Of a stretch of DNA of 64,000 bases, positions 1 to 12,158 are shown piece by piece; within the stretch, counting starts at the first letter, position 1, and each line of letters opens with the position of its first letter. The notes beneath the pieces were generated by a model, which had not been told where the DNA came from, ran no database searches, and saw nothing but the letters and a program-made list of their open reading frames with translations. Source of the stretch: Balanoglossus misakiensis (lineage: Eukaryota > Animalia > Hemichordata); assembly GCA_040954595.2 (NCBI GenBank), contig CM082597.2, positions 8,080,343-8,144,342 of the forward strand, written 5' to 3'. The translations under genes and the position numbers were made by a program.

Positions 1-362
1 GATAGGCTCTACTGATTAACACGCACTTGGCAGTCTAACAGGCTTGGGAGCCAGGATTCTATGCACCTTTCAACTGACTTGGCAGCATTAGTGTTAATTT
101 ACATTTCATTATACATTTGCTGTGCTACACTTATGACCATTCTCTTTACCTCTTTCGTATTTCCACTTGGTTTTTTTGCAGATTACTTGCATGATAATGC
201 GTACCAAACAAATAAAAAAAGGTGTATGCCACTTGGTGCAAAGACTGGCATAAATTGCTGATGAGCTAACACCAATGGCGCAGCTCGTCTTGCATTGTGA
301 AGTCTCAGCAGAATCCATTTTTGCAGAAAATTTATCATATATCTTAGAAATTAAATTGTTAC

Positions 363-500
363 CTGATATCTCCTGCCTTTGTACATACAATAAGATTCCA
401 CAGTACATTTTGGACAGCAACTGCCATCTGGTAAAATCTGGTTTTCTAGATCACAGTTGATTTGTTCACAATTGGGTCTTTCACAGGTTACCTCTCCATC
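363..500 (-). CDS. VWC exon DGEVTCERPNCEQINCDLENQILPDGSCCPKCTVESYCMYKGRRYQ (phase 0-0); present in all units
   Basis: aag acceptor, gtaac donor, VWC CCPxC motif. Confidence 0.85.
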
Positions 501-831
501 CTTAACAGATATTCAGAAAACATTGTATGACATAAAACAGGTTGACAGAGAGGATGAAATTTTTTCAATAATCTGTACAGTGAATATACAGGAAAAATAG
601 CAACATTATTCAACAAGTTATACTAGTTATGTGAAAATGTTGCATCAAACTTTGATAGGGAAAATGTGCCATTCAAAGTGTTTGTTTGCAGGTACTGAAC
701 CAATTTCAGAATTTTCGATAAATTTTCAGAATTTCTTTTAAATCTTAGGTTTTCTTCAACAGACATATTAGTGTTTCCATCAACTTGATGTTTTCAAAAA
801 GAGAAAGTATTATTTTTGAAATGTGGAATTA

Positions 832-1040
832 CTGTAAAACATGTTATTTTCGTGAGCAATAAATTTTTCGCGAAATACGCGAGAACCAAAATAGCGTGAA
901 AATAAAAAGTCGCATAATTTTTTTTCGAAGATAATGATGCAGTGAATGAAATAAGAGAATGCGAAAATTAATACTAGCGAAACAGTGGCCTCTCTCGATA
1001 TCGCGAAAATTTCAACTCGCAAAAATAAAGTGTTTTACAG
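832..1040. mobile_element. MITE family A (~205 bp, TA-flanked, CTGTAAAAC...GTTTTACAG); further copies ~6478 (split), 10416, 13079, 15418, 16980 (partial), 26507, 29290 (partial), 30487 (partial), 31338, 34294 and equivalents
   Basis: TIRs of ~25 bp, TA flanks, conserved core 'gatatcgagagaggccactgtttcgcgagtattaattttc'. Confidence 0.9.
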
Positions 1041-1127
1041 TAGTTTGGAACACGGTTATAATAATAAACTACACGCAACAAACATTAGAGGTTCACCAGA
1101 AGACGAAGTGTTAGATCAGAAACTTAC

Positions 1128-1219
1128 CAGACATGTGCAAAGGCTGCAAGGATCAGCCAATGGAACAAACTGTTCACCAGTTTTGTAAATCTGATTCTCA
1201 AAGCTACATTCCAAAGGAC
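1128..1219 (-). CDS. VWC exon PLECSFENQIYKTGEQFVPLADPCSLCTCL (phase 1-0)
   Basis: tttacag acceptor, gtaagt donor, CxxCxC motif. Confidence 0.88.
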
Positions 1220-1311
1220 CTGTAAATGGAACATGACAACTGGTGGTATTATCTAGAGGAAGTGGAAAGTCACTGACTTCTGAAATGTTCTGAATACTAG
1301 TACTCTCTTAA

Positions 1312-1946
1312 AGGCAATAGATCGTCTCACGCGCATGTGTGTAACTTCCCAGCAAATTTTCCGTTTGATGCATTCAAATAGTGGACTGCCTTCGCTTCCT
1401 TCCATATTTCATGCGCACCGTATAAGTAGATTCTGGTTTTGTCCCTCCTTTTTACCCAAGCTGGTGTTTTCTCACGATCTCCGACATAGATTATGGTCGC
1501 CGCCATCTTGTCTGTTGTTAGGACAGAGCACTGCCTTATGGGATTGACTGTTCACTAAATGTCTGTAACCAGCGGCTACAGCTGGAACATGCGTGTACGT
1601 GTGAGACGAGCTAGGTGCTTTAAAGGGCAGTGAACATCTTATGCGCATGTGCCAAACCAGAGACTCTGGTTACATAAATTGTATACAGTCATTGCCATAA
1701 GGCAGTGTGCTGTCCTGACAACAGACAAGATGGCGACAACCATAATCTGTGAGTGATTGGGAAAAAACAGCAAATTGGATGAAAAGAAGGGACAAAACTA
1801 AAGTCTGGGTGAACATGAAATATAGAAGGAAGCGAAGGCAGTCCACTATTTGAATGTATTTAATGCAAACTTTGCACAACACTTGGATTGGATGTAATGT
1901 TTGTACAAATTAAATACACACATGTGCATAAGACGATCATTGGCCT
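1312..1946. mobile_element. Two related Kolobok-like MITEs in opposite orientation sharing a TTAA (1312..1619, 1624..1946); a relative at ~29770-30097
   Basis: TTAA|AGG...CT|TTAA ends; 'gtggactgccttcgcttcc' in the first and its reverse complement in the second. Confidence 0.7.
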
Positions 1947-2090
1947 TTTACAGTTGTCACTGTGAGCATTAAATTGTATCAAGGAATACATACGCTCAAT
2001 TGTATTGAAACTTTTTGTGTTGTAAAAAGTTACCACAGACACGCATTGCATGATTGAACACCATATGTTGATGTACATAAAAAAACTTAC

Positions 2091-2190
2091 TTGCACAGCG
2101 TGGACAGCATTCACCTGCATCACATAGGATTCTATCTTCATTACATTCTAACTCAGGACACAATTTGACATCACATGAAACATGACCATC
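2091..2190 (-). CDS. VWC exon DGHVSCDVKLCPELECNEDRILCDAGECCPRCA (phase 0-1)
   Basis: Lies within ORF 1996..2232; cag/gtaag boundaries. Confidence 0.9.
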
Positions 2191-2550
2191 CTGACAGAAA
2201 ATACACACACAGACAATAAGACAACAACTCATATGGTTATCAATTGATCATACACTTGTTAAAATTCACACAAAAACATATTTATCAACATCAGTAAAAA
2301 TTGAACAATGAATGCTGGACCGTTTTAAAATTCACCACTTTTGATTGCGATTGACACTTTTTTAAATCAAAGTACTTTATTTTCTTTGCAACAGCTTTGT
2401 GGATGTCTAACTGCAGGGAGATCTAACTTCAACCCTTACGCCAACATGGTTGGTCCAAATCCATTGTTTTCTATGGTAAAGTTGGACTTCCAAACAGGGA
2501 AATGGGGATGAAAGGTTAATATAAGACTTGCATCTGGGTTATTCACTTAC

Positions 2551-2651
2551 CATACATATACATGATGTACAAGGATTGAGTTTAAATTCTGTGCCATTCT
2601 GATATACAATGCCTGTTGTATTACTCTCACAAACTCTTTCCAAAGGCTCTC
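2551..2651 (-). CDS. VWC exon EPLERVCESNTTGIVYQNGTEFKLNPCTSCICM (phase 1-0)
   Basis: tag/gtaagt boundaries; same peptide as in ORF 43688..43900. Confidence 0.88.
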
Positions 2652-3054
2652 CTATATAGGATAAAGAAGACATTATACGACACACATATTCACAAGTGAG
2701 CATGATTGATGTGAGGCCACATGAGTCTCAAAGCCAATCAGAGTGTACAACTTTCAGACCATTCATCTCATGGTTCATTTCCAGGAAATGCAAGTTTTTT
2801 TCAATAGTTTTCCAGGGCTTTCAGTAAAAAAAATTCAATTTTCTGAATTTTTTTCATTAGTTTTCTATGACTTTTGAAGCCAACAGCTGACATTTCCTGA
2901 GAGTGATTATGCAGATGACATATCAAAAACATCAACAATATTGCAGGACTTTCAGAAATAAATTTCATTTTTATATTTCTGTCTCTTCAACAAGTGTATA
3001 AACTTTGTCAATATTGTCAGAATTTTTTTTACACAGAGTTTAAAAAACACTGAC

Positions 3055-3142
3055 CTATACATGTTGGGCAACATGCAGAGTTTTCTACTGTGACTCTCTC
3101 TGGAGGACAATTCAGTGTTGGTAGACACAGCAATATTCCTTC
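3055..3142 (-). CDS. VWC exon EGILLCLPTLNCPPERVTVENSACCPTCI (phase 0-1)
   Basis: tacag/gtcagt boundaries, CCPxC motif; one Cys spacing is atypical. Confidence 0.78.
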
Positions 3143-4058
3143 CTGTAATCACATGTTATATGATTCAATCTGGTGTATGTGCACCATTCTGGTCGCCTTA
3201 AATAGGTTTTCACTTTGCGCTAGGGGGTCAAATCACACTGCATTCTGGGTCAAAATTCGACAACCCACTGTAGTAAGAGATAGAAGAAATGATATTTTTA
3301 CTGAATTTCATGACTTTCTCTGGTCAAACATGTCTGTCTTTGCAGTTACCATATTAAACTTATTAAACTTTTTTCACATTTTGTTATTTTTTCTGTTACA
3401 AAGTTTCAAAATGACCCATCCACACTTTAGCTTATGAACTCCCATTGTTTAAACATGGCAAAAAACGGCCATCTTGAATTGCGTCGACCATTTGAGATTT
3501 TCACCACTCACTTAGGTAGCTTAAAACCTATTTAAGGTAGGGAGAATTATCATACACTGGCATCATGTTCCCATTTAACTTCATGCGAAAGAGAGCCCTC
3601 ACATCCATGCATTTTTTATGTATCATGCACGGCCTGGCTGCCCAATTAAGATCACTGCCATGCATTTCTGAACTGTTTTTGTTCTTGTGGTACACACTTT
3701 GCTATCCTTAAATAATTCTTATGAAAACACACCAGAATGAGATTTTAACCTGTTTTTTTTCAGTGCTTTGATCGTAGCACAGAGTAAAAAGCTCGCAAGA
3801 AATTCATTGTCTCTTCAAAGCTGATACAATTATTTTACATCTTTATATCCTTTTTGTTCATGATGAATTTCTGTCTATGGTTAATGGAACAAAAATTGTC
3901 ATAATGTTGAATATAAATTAGTTGTTGTTTCATTTGTAGTTTAATGCTCTGTTTCCTTGACAACACAAATTAAAGTTGTCATTATAAATATTGTATACAC
4001 ATGTTGGTTGTAATTGGAGAATAAGACAAGAATTCGCACATTAAGATGTCCATCTTAC

Positions 4059-4232
4059 CGAACACTGGCATTCCAAACATTGGTCTTCATCTGGTTTAAA
4101 AATAGCACTTTCCTTATAAGTGACACCTCTGAATTCACAACCAATACATGCTTGACAACACTGGTTTGGTACTCGCACTGGGTTCTCACATGATGCTGGA
4201 CATGTGACAGTTGTACAGGAGATGTCTTGGTC
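4059..4232 (-). CDS. VWC exon DQDISCTTVTCPASCENPVRVPNQCCQACIGCEFRGVTYKESAIFKPDEDQCLECQCS (phase 0-0)
   Basis: gacag/gtaag boundaries; encodes two half-VWC domains. Confidence 0.9.
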
Positions 4233-4494
4233 CTGTCAACACAAGAAACAAAAACATCCAAGTTACAAACAAGAGAAGTATGTAAAGTACACTAGCTACA
4301 CAAGATAGCATAATCTTGTTAGATAACAAGATTAAAAATTATTATATAAATAGCCAAAAGTACAGATCTAGAAATCTAATTACTGAGATATATGACAAGA
4401 AGCAAAGATCCACAAAACATGAAAGCTCATCAGAACAGCAGAATGTGACACTGTACACTGTGTTGCTGCACAGAAAAGTCTTGGCATGAACACA

Positions 4495-4603
4495 CTGCAT
4501 GTGCTTATCACCCTCAAAGCCAAAAGTGCTCTGCATGTGCTTATAACAATCAAAGCCAAAAGTGCTCTGCATGTGCTTATAACAATCAAAGCCAAAAGTG
4601 CTC
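4495..4603. repeat. 36-bp tandem repeat (3 units in A, 2 in B and C)
   Basis: Unit ctgcatgtgcttataacaatcaaagccaaaagtgct. Confidence 0.92.
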
Positions 4604-4628
4604 TAACACAAGATATATTATTCATTAA

Positions 4629-4978
4629 AGGGACAGAGTCTCTCTTCTTCCCCATTTTTAATTAATTATGTTTGATACAAGACACCGTTTATGTTATTCT
4701 ACATGTGGATTTATAGGGAATCGACGTTCAACCACACACTACTTCCATCCCACTTGTAGACGAGAGGGGAAAATCTCGCCAAAATGAATAATCAGTCTCT
4801 ACCATTTATTCATTTTGGGCGAGTTTTTATTTTCATATCATACAAGCGGGATGGAAGTTGTGTGTGGTTGAATGTTCATTCACTACATGTACATATACAC
4901 ATGTACATTAACATAAACAGTGTCTTATATCAGACATAATTAATTGGAAAGGGGCAGCGAGAGAGAGACTTTGTCCCT
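4629..4978. mobile_element. Kolobok-like hairpin MITE family C; relatives at ~5903-6250, ~27450-27780, ~48750-50740
   Basis: TTAA|AGGGACA...TGTCCCT|TTAA with long imperfect inverted arms. Confidence 0.78.
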
Positions 4979-5005
4979 TTAAATCCACCATTCAAAGTAA
5001 CTTAC

Positions 5006-5091
5006 ATCACATATACATGTTGTACAGGGATCATCTTGAAGAGTCCACATGTCACCATGGTGATACGTTGTGCCATCAATGACCCGACAGT
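5006..5091 (-). CDS. VWC exon DCRVIDGTTYHHGDMWTLQDDPCTTCICD (phase 1-0)
   Basis: tttag/gtaagt boundaries; GxxW...PCxxCxC motif. Confidence 0.9.
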
Positions 5092-5457
5092 CTAAACAAA
5101 GAGACAAAGATGACATTTTATACAGTGCTATGTCACTCTGGTTGAAGACATGATGATATGGCCAACAGGAATACCATTATCTGGGTGTTCAAATTATATA
5201 GAATTCTTCTGTTTTGCGGTATTAAAATTGTGTTTTATATTTTGTCATTTTTCTGATCAATATACTGGTATTGTGTAAAATTCGATCGATTGATTGGTGT
5301 GTGCTTTGTTCACAGCCTGAGCACTTACTCAGCAATTGATAACCCATACAGGAAAGATCACAACAAGTGATGACACATTGAGGAGAGATCACAACAAGTG
5401 ATGACTCATAGAGGAGGAAGCACAGCATGTGATGACTCATCTAACCTGTCCACTTAC

Positions 5458-5551
5458 CTAGACATTTAGGACAGCACTGCCCTGGTACACTTGCAAAATT
5501 AGAACATGTTGTGGTTTCACACACTGTTAAATTACAAGTCACAGTACCATC
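5458..5551 (-). CDS. VWC exon DGTVTCNLTVCETTTCSNFASVPGQCCPKCL (phase 0-1); intact in A, frameshifted in B and C
   Basis: tacag/gtaagt boundaries. Plus strand reads 'aattagaacatg' in A but 'aattaaagatg' at ~25546 and ~46806. Confidence 0.88.
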
Positions 5552-6268
5552 CTGTAAATACAAATTATTTAATGGGTTATTATTATAGAAGTTATGGACG
5601 ACCATTGACCCTGACCCTGACCATTGATACTTTTAATAGTAAAGGAATGTATGTGTGCACCAATGTTCATGATGCATGTAGACTAGACAATGTTTCTCCT
5701 ACGTGTATAATAGTGGAACATTTTTGTTTGGGTTATAAGGTCTCTGTACGTATGATTTTTAGTTTGTATGCATTTTTCCACAGCTTATGCGTACAGTGTA
5801 GGTAACTCGAAAAAAAACCTTAAGTCTTGGCATGAACACACTGCGTGTGCTTATAACCCTCAAAGCCAAAAGGGCTTTAACACAAGATGTATTCTTCATT
5901 AAAAGGACAAAGTCTCTCTCTCTCAGCCCTTTATCCATTAATTATGTTTGATACAAGACACCGTTTATGTTATTCTACATGTGGATATATAGTGAATCAA
6001 CGTTCAACCACCCACAATTTCTATCCCGTTTGTAGACACGAGAGTGAAAAACTCGCTGAAATAAATAATTGGTCTCTACCATTTATCCATTTTGGGCGAG
6101 TTTTTACTCTCATATCCTACAAACGGGACGGAAGTTGTGTGTGGTCGAAAGTTGATTCACTACATGTATATATCCACATGTAGAATAACATAAACAATGT
6201 CTTGTATCAAACATCATTAATGGAAAGGGGCAGCTAGAGAGAGACTTTGTGCAGTGATGAGAACTTAC

Positions 6269-6445
6269 CAGACACAGGCAGGATCTACACACATCACCAA
6301 GAGGGTTGAAGCGATCATCATCAGCATACAAGATATTATTGTATTCACACAGACTACAGTCTGGACAGCAATCAGAAGCTGTGTACAGTCCATGCTCACA
6401 TGTTACTGGACACTCTAATTCTGTACAGGTAATCTTGGAATCAGG
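6269..6445 (-). CDS. VWC exon PDSKITCTELECPVTCEHGLYTASDCCPDCSLCEYNNILYADDDRFNPLGDVCRSCLCL (phase 0-0)
   Basis: Lies within ORF 6110..6466; cag/gtaag boundaries. Confidence 0.9.
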
Positions 6446-6591
6446 CTGAAAGAGGAACGACAACAATCAGGTTCATACTGTAAAACAGTTTACTTTCGTG
6501 AGTTGAAATTTTCACGATATCGAGAGAGGCCACTGTTTCGCGAGTATTAATTTTCGTATTTCCTTATTTCATTCACTGCATCGTTATCTTC

Positions 6592-9158
6592 TAGTGGAGC
6601 GGCCAAACCCCAATTTTCATAGCGATTGTACATTTTGTGATAAAAGCACCAAACTTGGCTCAGATGTGTGTTACTGTGTACTAAGCAAATTCAGATAGCG
6701 AGCCACTTAATATCTGTTAATGGGTAGCCATGGCAACCATTTTTCAAAATGGCCGCCACTACATTAATCTTTCCCACAAAATAATGACTAAAGAACACCA
6801 AGGTAATTTCAGATTATGATATTTGAAACCAGAAACTATAGAAAGGGTGATTTGCAAAGTATTTGTGGTCACCGAAATAGTTATAAATACAGAATAAAGG
6901 ATAAAACACAGTTTAATGTCTACAGTGGAGCGGCATAACAGATCGATTGTGGATTTTGTGATAAAAGCACCAAACTTGGCTCAGATGTGCGTTAATGTGT
7001 ACTAAACAAATTCAGATAGCGAGCCACAATATCTGTTGATGAGTTTCCATGGCAACCATTTTTTTATTTTTTTCAAAATGGCCGCCAATACAGATAATCT
7101 CACCCACAAATTAACAATTATAAAACACCAATGAAATAAATTCACATTACAATATTTGAAACAAAAAACTGCTCAAAGAGTAATTTTCAAAATATTTATC
7201 ATCACTAAACTAGTTATAGGGGTAAATACAGGATCGAGATTCAGTCACTGTATAACCATAGATATTTTATAATAGTGGCCTGGCATAAACAACATTTTCA
7301 TAACATTTGGGCATTTTGTGATAAAAGTTTAACAAGTAAAGCTCAGTTGATTCGTTATTTTCCCCATAAAAATATATTTGATGAACAAAATTCCAAATTT
7401 AGTCAACCCAGGGAAAAAACGACATATTGTTTCTCAACCTTATAAATTGATCTGACCAGTTTGAATCAGTGCAGAATCTAGCTTTTCTATTTAACTTCAT
7501 CAAATGATTCATGCAAATAAAGAAACACTTCCCCATAAAATGGTGGCAGAAAGCCAGTATCATGACAGTCGATTGGTTTGTTAAAGTTACTATAGAAACT
7601 AACTATGTCTAGGTTGCATGTACATAGATAGATGTTAGGAATCAATCAAAATCTGTTTCAAACTTTTCATCCAATACTTGTCCTTCGGAAAGCGTTTTGA
7701 TGAAGTCGCTTGAAGTGCTTTGTATTGCTCATGTTATCGATAATTTTAATCGCACCTTGATGATAGTCAGCAGTTCTATTTTGACATGTTATTTTGTGTA
7801 TTTTTGAACCCCCAAAATCTAAGAATAAAATGATAAAGTAAAAATAAGCTTCAAAACGCCAAAAGTCTTCAGGATCACAGCTTTTCTGTAAAGAGTAAGA
7901 TTTCGCTTACTTCATGCTATTAAATGAAATGAAATTTTCCGTAATATCTCTTGCAAAGTCGGATCTTTACACATTGAGATATTAGAATGGTAGTACATTC
8001 CAAGTGACTTGTTGGGAGCATTGGGCCACTTAATCCCAGAAAATTGCAATAAGACCTGTTTTTTCATTTACCAATCTAAAGGCCAACTGCTTGTATATTT
8101 AGTTGGATTTCTATAATTAACACACATTTTTGACAATATTTATGGCATGATGAACACTATTCTCGACAAATAAAATAATGTTGTGTCCTCGGGTGTAATT
8201 TTTATGAGTTTGGAATCATAGACACCATTTATCTTTTGGTCAACTCTGTTAACAGTCACCAAAATTGCTGGAGTCGAACTGATACATGATCTAAAGTATC
8301 AAGACATATGGTCGATTATTAACGTTTCAGCAATTTGACTTAAGTTTCTTTAATTTCCTATGGCATTTTGACAAACATCAACGCCCCGAAAAAATGTTGT
8401 CAACGCTGCGGTCGCGATTGTGGTCGAAACAAAGCCGACATTTTCTCATGGTTCGTTACCCGGGGTCCATTTAGATTGCATTGCGTTTGAGGCCCTATGT
8501 GTATGTCTGTCGACCAATAAACGCGACGACCGCGGACTCAGTTTGGATTAACGTCTATTTCGGGCAGTGGACTCTCCTATCAAGTTGATAAGGAAATTTT
8601 ACCAGTCACGAGTAAGCCAAGCCCACATCCGTGTGCAATTCGAATATATCGGTGATCTGTTTATATTATTATCATCAGGTAAGGTGGTAAACTGTTGTGA
8701 TTCATATGTGTAATTTACGTACTGCAAGTTAACTATCGCAATTAGCCTAATGTTTAACCATAGACAGTATATGGTTTGACTTCTAGAGGAGCACCTATTA
8801 ATCCGAGAACAAAGGGATTATAAGGTGCGCCTTTAAATTGTGTTTTGATAACTTACTTACCCCTTTAAGTAGTTTAGTAACCATAATATCTTTGCAAATC
8901 ATTCTTTCCACAGTTCCTTGTATCAAATATAGTAATCTAAATTTATTTTGGTGTTTACAGATGTTATTTGGTGGGTGAAATTATCTGTATTGGTGGCCAT
9001 TTTGAAAAATTGGTTGCCATGGAAACTCATCAACAGATATTTAGTGGCTCGCTATCTGAATTTGTTTAGTACACATTAACACACATCTGAGCCAAGTTTG
9101 GTGCTTTTATCACAAAATGCACAATCGCTATGAAAACTAGGGTTTGGCCGCTCCACTA
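6592..9158. mobile_element. Non-autonomous DNA transposon with long TIRs, Academ-like (copy A only), inserted inside a MITE
   Basis: Termini TAGTGGAGCGGCCAAACC...GGTTTGGCCGCTCCACTA, imperfect TIR of ~280 bp, 3-bp TSD TTC. The superfamily is inferred from the TAG...CTA ends and 3-bp TSD. Confidence 0.85.
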
Positions 9159-9513
9159 TTCAAAAAAAATGTTATGCGACTTTTTATTTTCATGCTATTT
9201 TGGCTCTCACATAGTTCGCGTAAATTTATTGCTCGCGAAAATAACATGTTTTACAGTATTTTGTAGTAGAAAACAGACATAGATATGACTAAACTCCTGA
9301 CCAGTAACCTTAAATTGTTTGAGGTATGTACGAGGTCAGATCTACATAGTCGACATCCAACACATTCTAAAAAAAAAGTGAAGTCTGCTCCAAGGGTTTG
9401 CATCAAGCAATCAGTTGCACCTTTTGTTTAATACACAGAAATGACTGAACTGTGAAGAATTTGACCAATCAGAAATCTTGTTAGATCTGTGCTACTGTAT
9501 TCTGTGTTCTTAC

Positions 9514-9708
9514 CTGACAAGTACAGCTCTGACATGGACCATTCCTCTTAAACCACGACTGTCCAAATGGATAGATGATTCCGGAAGGATCTACACATCC
9601 CGGAAGTTGGTTGCATGTCGGGCAGCATTGACCGGGCAGGAATGTCTGAAACTCGATTGCACAGGGAAGTTCTGGACACAGTACAGGTTTACATCCTATT
9701 TGTCCATC
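9514..9708 (-). CDS. VWC exon DGQIGCKPVLCPELPCAIEFQTFLPGQCCPTCNQLPGCVDPSGIIYPFGQSWFKRNGPCQSCTCQ (phase 0-0)
   Basis: tacag/gtaag boundaries; diverged paralog at 30723..30914. Confidence 0.88.
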
Positions 9709-10233
9709 CTGTAATTAAATAATTAAAATTTTGATATTGATACTAATGCAATACGGACAACATAAACAATTCTTTGTTTTGCGTCTTTCCATAAGGTACT
9801 ATACTTATGCCCAGTTGCACAATTATCACTTCACAGATGATGCTGAAATCATTGCAGACACATGCATGGACGGAAGGACAGAAAAATTGATTTAATCTTT
9901 AAGTTTCCGCATTCCAAAGCATGAACTAACAACACAATTAAATTTTGGAAGTCAACTGCTGTGGCTGAAATACATTAATATCAGATGGAACTACAGACTG
10001 AAGTAAAAATCATAATGACTATACAACTGCCATTGAAGAATGCAATAAGGCCAACATAAATAAATTCTTTGTTTTGCGTCTATTCATAAGGTACTATACT
10101 AATGCCCAGTTGCACAATGATCACTTCACAGATGATGCTGAAATCATTGTGGACATACATGTGCATGGATGGAAGGACAGACAGACCTCTATAGGGGGAA
10201 CTGGGTTGAGAGGGTGAATAGACATGTACTTTC

Positions 10234-10301
10234 TGAACACCAACAAATTGTACAGTTCTGATTGGCTGGTTTAAACGTCTCACCATCAAAGAAACAACTT
10301 G
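10234..10301 (-). CDS. Damaged VWC exon ASCFFDGETFKPANQNCTICWCS (donor lost, 18-nt deletion)
   Basis: The paralog at 31138..31223 has the extra NEFQSG and a gtaagt donor; here the donor reads gaaagt. Confidence 0.8.
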
Positions 10302-10954
10302 CTGGGAATATACAATAAAAAAGATAACATTGCAACATAATCAGCAAATGATAGACATAATGGTTAGAAATACTGTATAGTACCAAATTGAACTACAATG
10401 TACATTGATCACATACTGCAAAACACTTTATTTTCGCGAGCAATAAATTTTCGCCAATATAGTGTGAAAATAAAAAGTCGCGTAAATTATTTTTGAAGAT
10501 AACGATGCAGTGAATGAATAAGAGAACGTGAAAATTAATACTCGCGAAACAGTGGCCTCTCTCGATATTGCAAAAATTTCAACTCTCGAAAATTAAGTGT
10601 TTACAGTTGTAATGCCATGTTTGAACACTTTATCGATGCCCGATTGTGGCTTTATGTAGCGATTCGAAAACATATACATGAACATCCATACAAACAGTAC
10701 GCAGCTATCGTGGTATGCGTCACCAAGAGAAGACATACTGATGCAAATCAAGTCACATGGCTTAATGGTGAGAATTTTAAAGGATAGGGAAAAGGTTTGA
10801 AGTATTTTATTGTGGAAAAAAATGTGTGAAATTTGGCAGCTCTAGAGGCTTTAAATGGTATGGTAAGATCCACATACTGAGAATGCGGAAGAAATGGTTC
10901 TCAATATTTCCCTGAAGTTCGGAAAGACTAATCAAGAGAAAATTTCAAAGTCAC

Positions 10955-11042
10955 CTTTACAGACCGGACAGCATGGTCCCTGAATGGGATTTGCACACGT
11001 CACCAAAGGACAGTCGTGAACCAAACACATCACACTGCCTTT
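10955..11042 (-). CDS. VWC exon KGSVMCLVHDCPLVTCANPIQGPCCPVCK (copy A only)
   Basis: ccag/gtgac boundaries; CCPVC motif. Confidence 0.85.
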
Positions 11043-11459
11043 CTGGAACAGAGAAAAATACAGATCATATGAAAGGAGATGCTTCAACATAACATGTCAG
11101 TCAACTAAAATAATAAGCCAAACGTTACAGATAGTAGACCTTTGATACAAAAATAAAATCTAAATATGAGACTAGAGCCGTAATTGATGAATTTAGTACC
11201 ACATGAAATCAAGACATACTAGACATTGTGCCAAAAAAAAACAGCACAGCCGAACAGGGTAGCAGCCATGGTGACCTTTGTGGAACTGGTCACAAAATGG
11301 TAATGAATTCAACACAGTTCGATCACTTCATGGGGATTCTCTTTCTGACCAGAGGAACAGTGACATGTGATCAGAAATTGACCAATCAGAATGCAATCTT
11401 AAGTATAAATGTATCTCATGTGATCAGAAATTGACCAATGCAGTCTGTCTGGTACTTAC

Positions 11460-11542
11460 CAAACATTGACATTGTGAACATGTGTTGTTCGGATCAGTAA
11501 ATATTTCACCGTCATTTGAAATATAACCATTGTATAAACATT
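11460..11542 (-). CDS. VWC exon ECLYNGYISNDGEIFTDPNNTCSQCQCL (complete in copy A only)
   Basis: acag/gtaag boundaries; only a ~12-nt remnant remains at ~33076-33087. Confidence 0.87.
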
Positions 11543-11984
11543 CTGTTGAAAAGAAATAATGAAAAACATTATCAGGGTATAGGTCTTGGAATAAAAAAAT
11601 TACATTAAAAATTGCAATTAAATATATGTTGACACATTTCTTGCTACCTAATTAAACAATATTTTGTTTGTAAACTGTCTGTGTTTGGACATTGCTGAAT
11701 TCTTAGGGTCAGGATTAAATTTAACCATCAACAATAACAAGGCTGGGTATATGAAAGATAACATTTTGTTATTTTAATAGCTGAATGTAATTTTCTTTCA
11801 AATTTTACCGACCTGGAAATGGATTTAAGTATACATATCATGCCATGGTAGCATGAGTTTCTGCTTTACTACAAATTCATTCTCCCAATCCTGACTAGAT
11901 TTGAGATTCAGATCATCCCTATGTAAATGAATGCTTCATCAATAAACTTGATGACACAAAAGATCTAACTACATGTTCGGTTAC

Positions 11985-12158
11985 CTTGACAACTATGACA
12001 GCAATGTCCAGGGTGTGGCAATGGATGTGTGCATTCATGTTTACATGTCTGTTTGACACAAGTTACAATTCCTTCACTACAGGTACAGATTTCACATTCA
12101 TCAACAGGACTGGTCCATGTAGAATTGTGGTGATATTCTATATTGTTGAATACACAAC
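11985..12158 (-). CDS. Whole-VWC exon GCVFNNIEYHHNSTWTSPVDECEICTCSEGIVTCVKQTCKHECTHPLPHPGHCCHSCQ (phase 1-1)
   Basis: Lies within ORF 11965..12189; copies at 33531..33704, 32881..33054 and ~52190..52363. Confidence 0.92.

Noticed and set aside
4495-4603. 36-bp direct repeats as a CRISPR array
   Set aside because: No spacers, no cas genes, and a eukaryotic intron context.
7400-8800. Transposase remnant inside the Academ-like element
   Set aside because: Only short stop-interrupted frames and no motif recognisable by eye; a translated HMM search would be needed.
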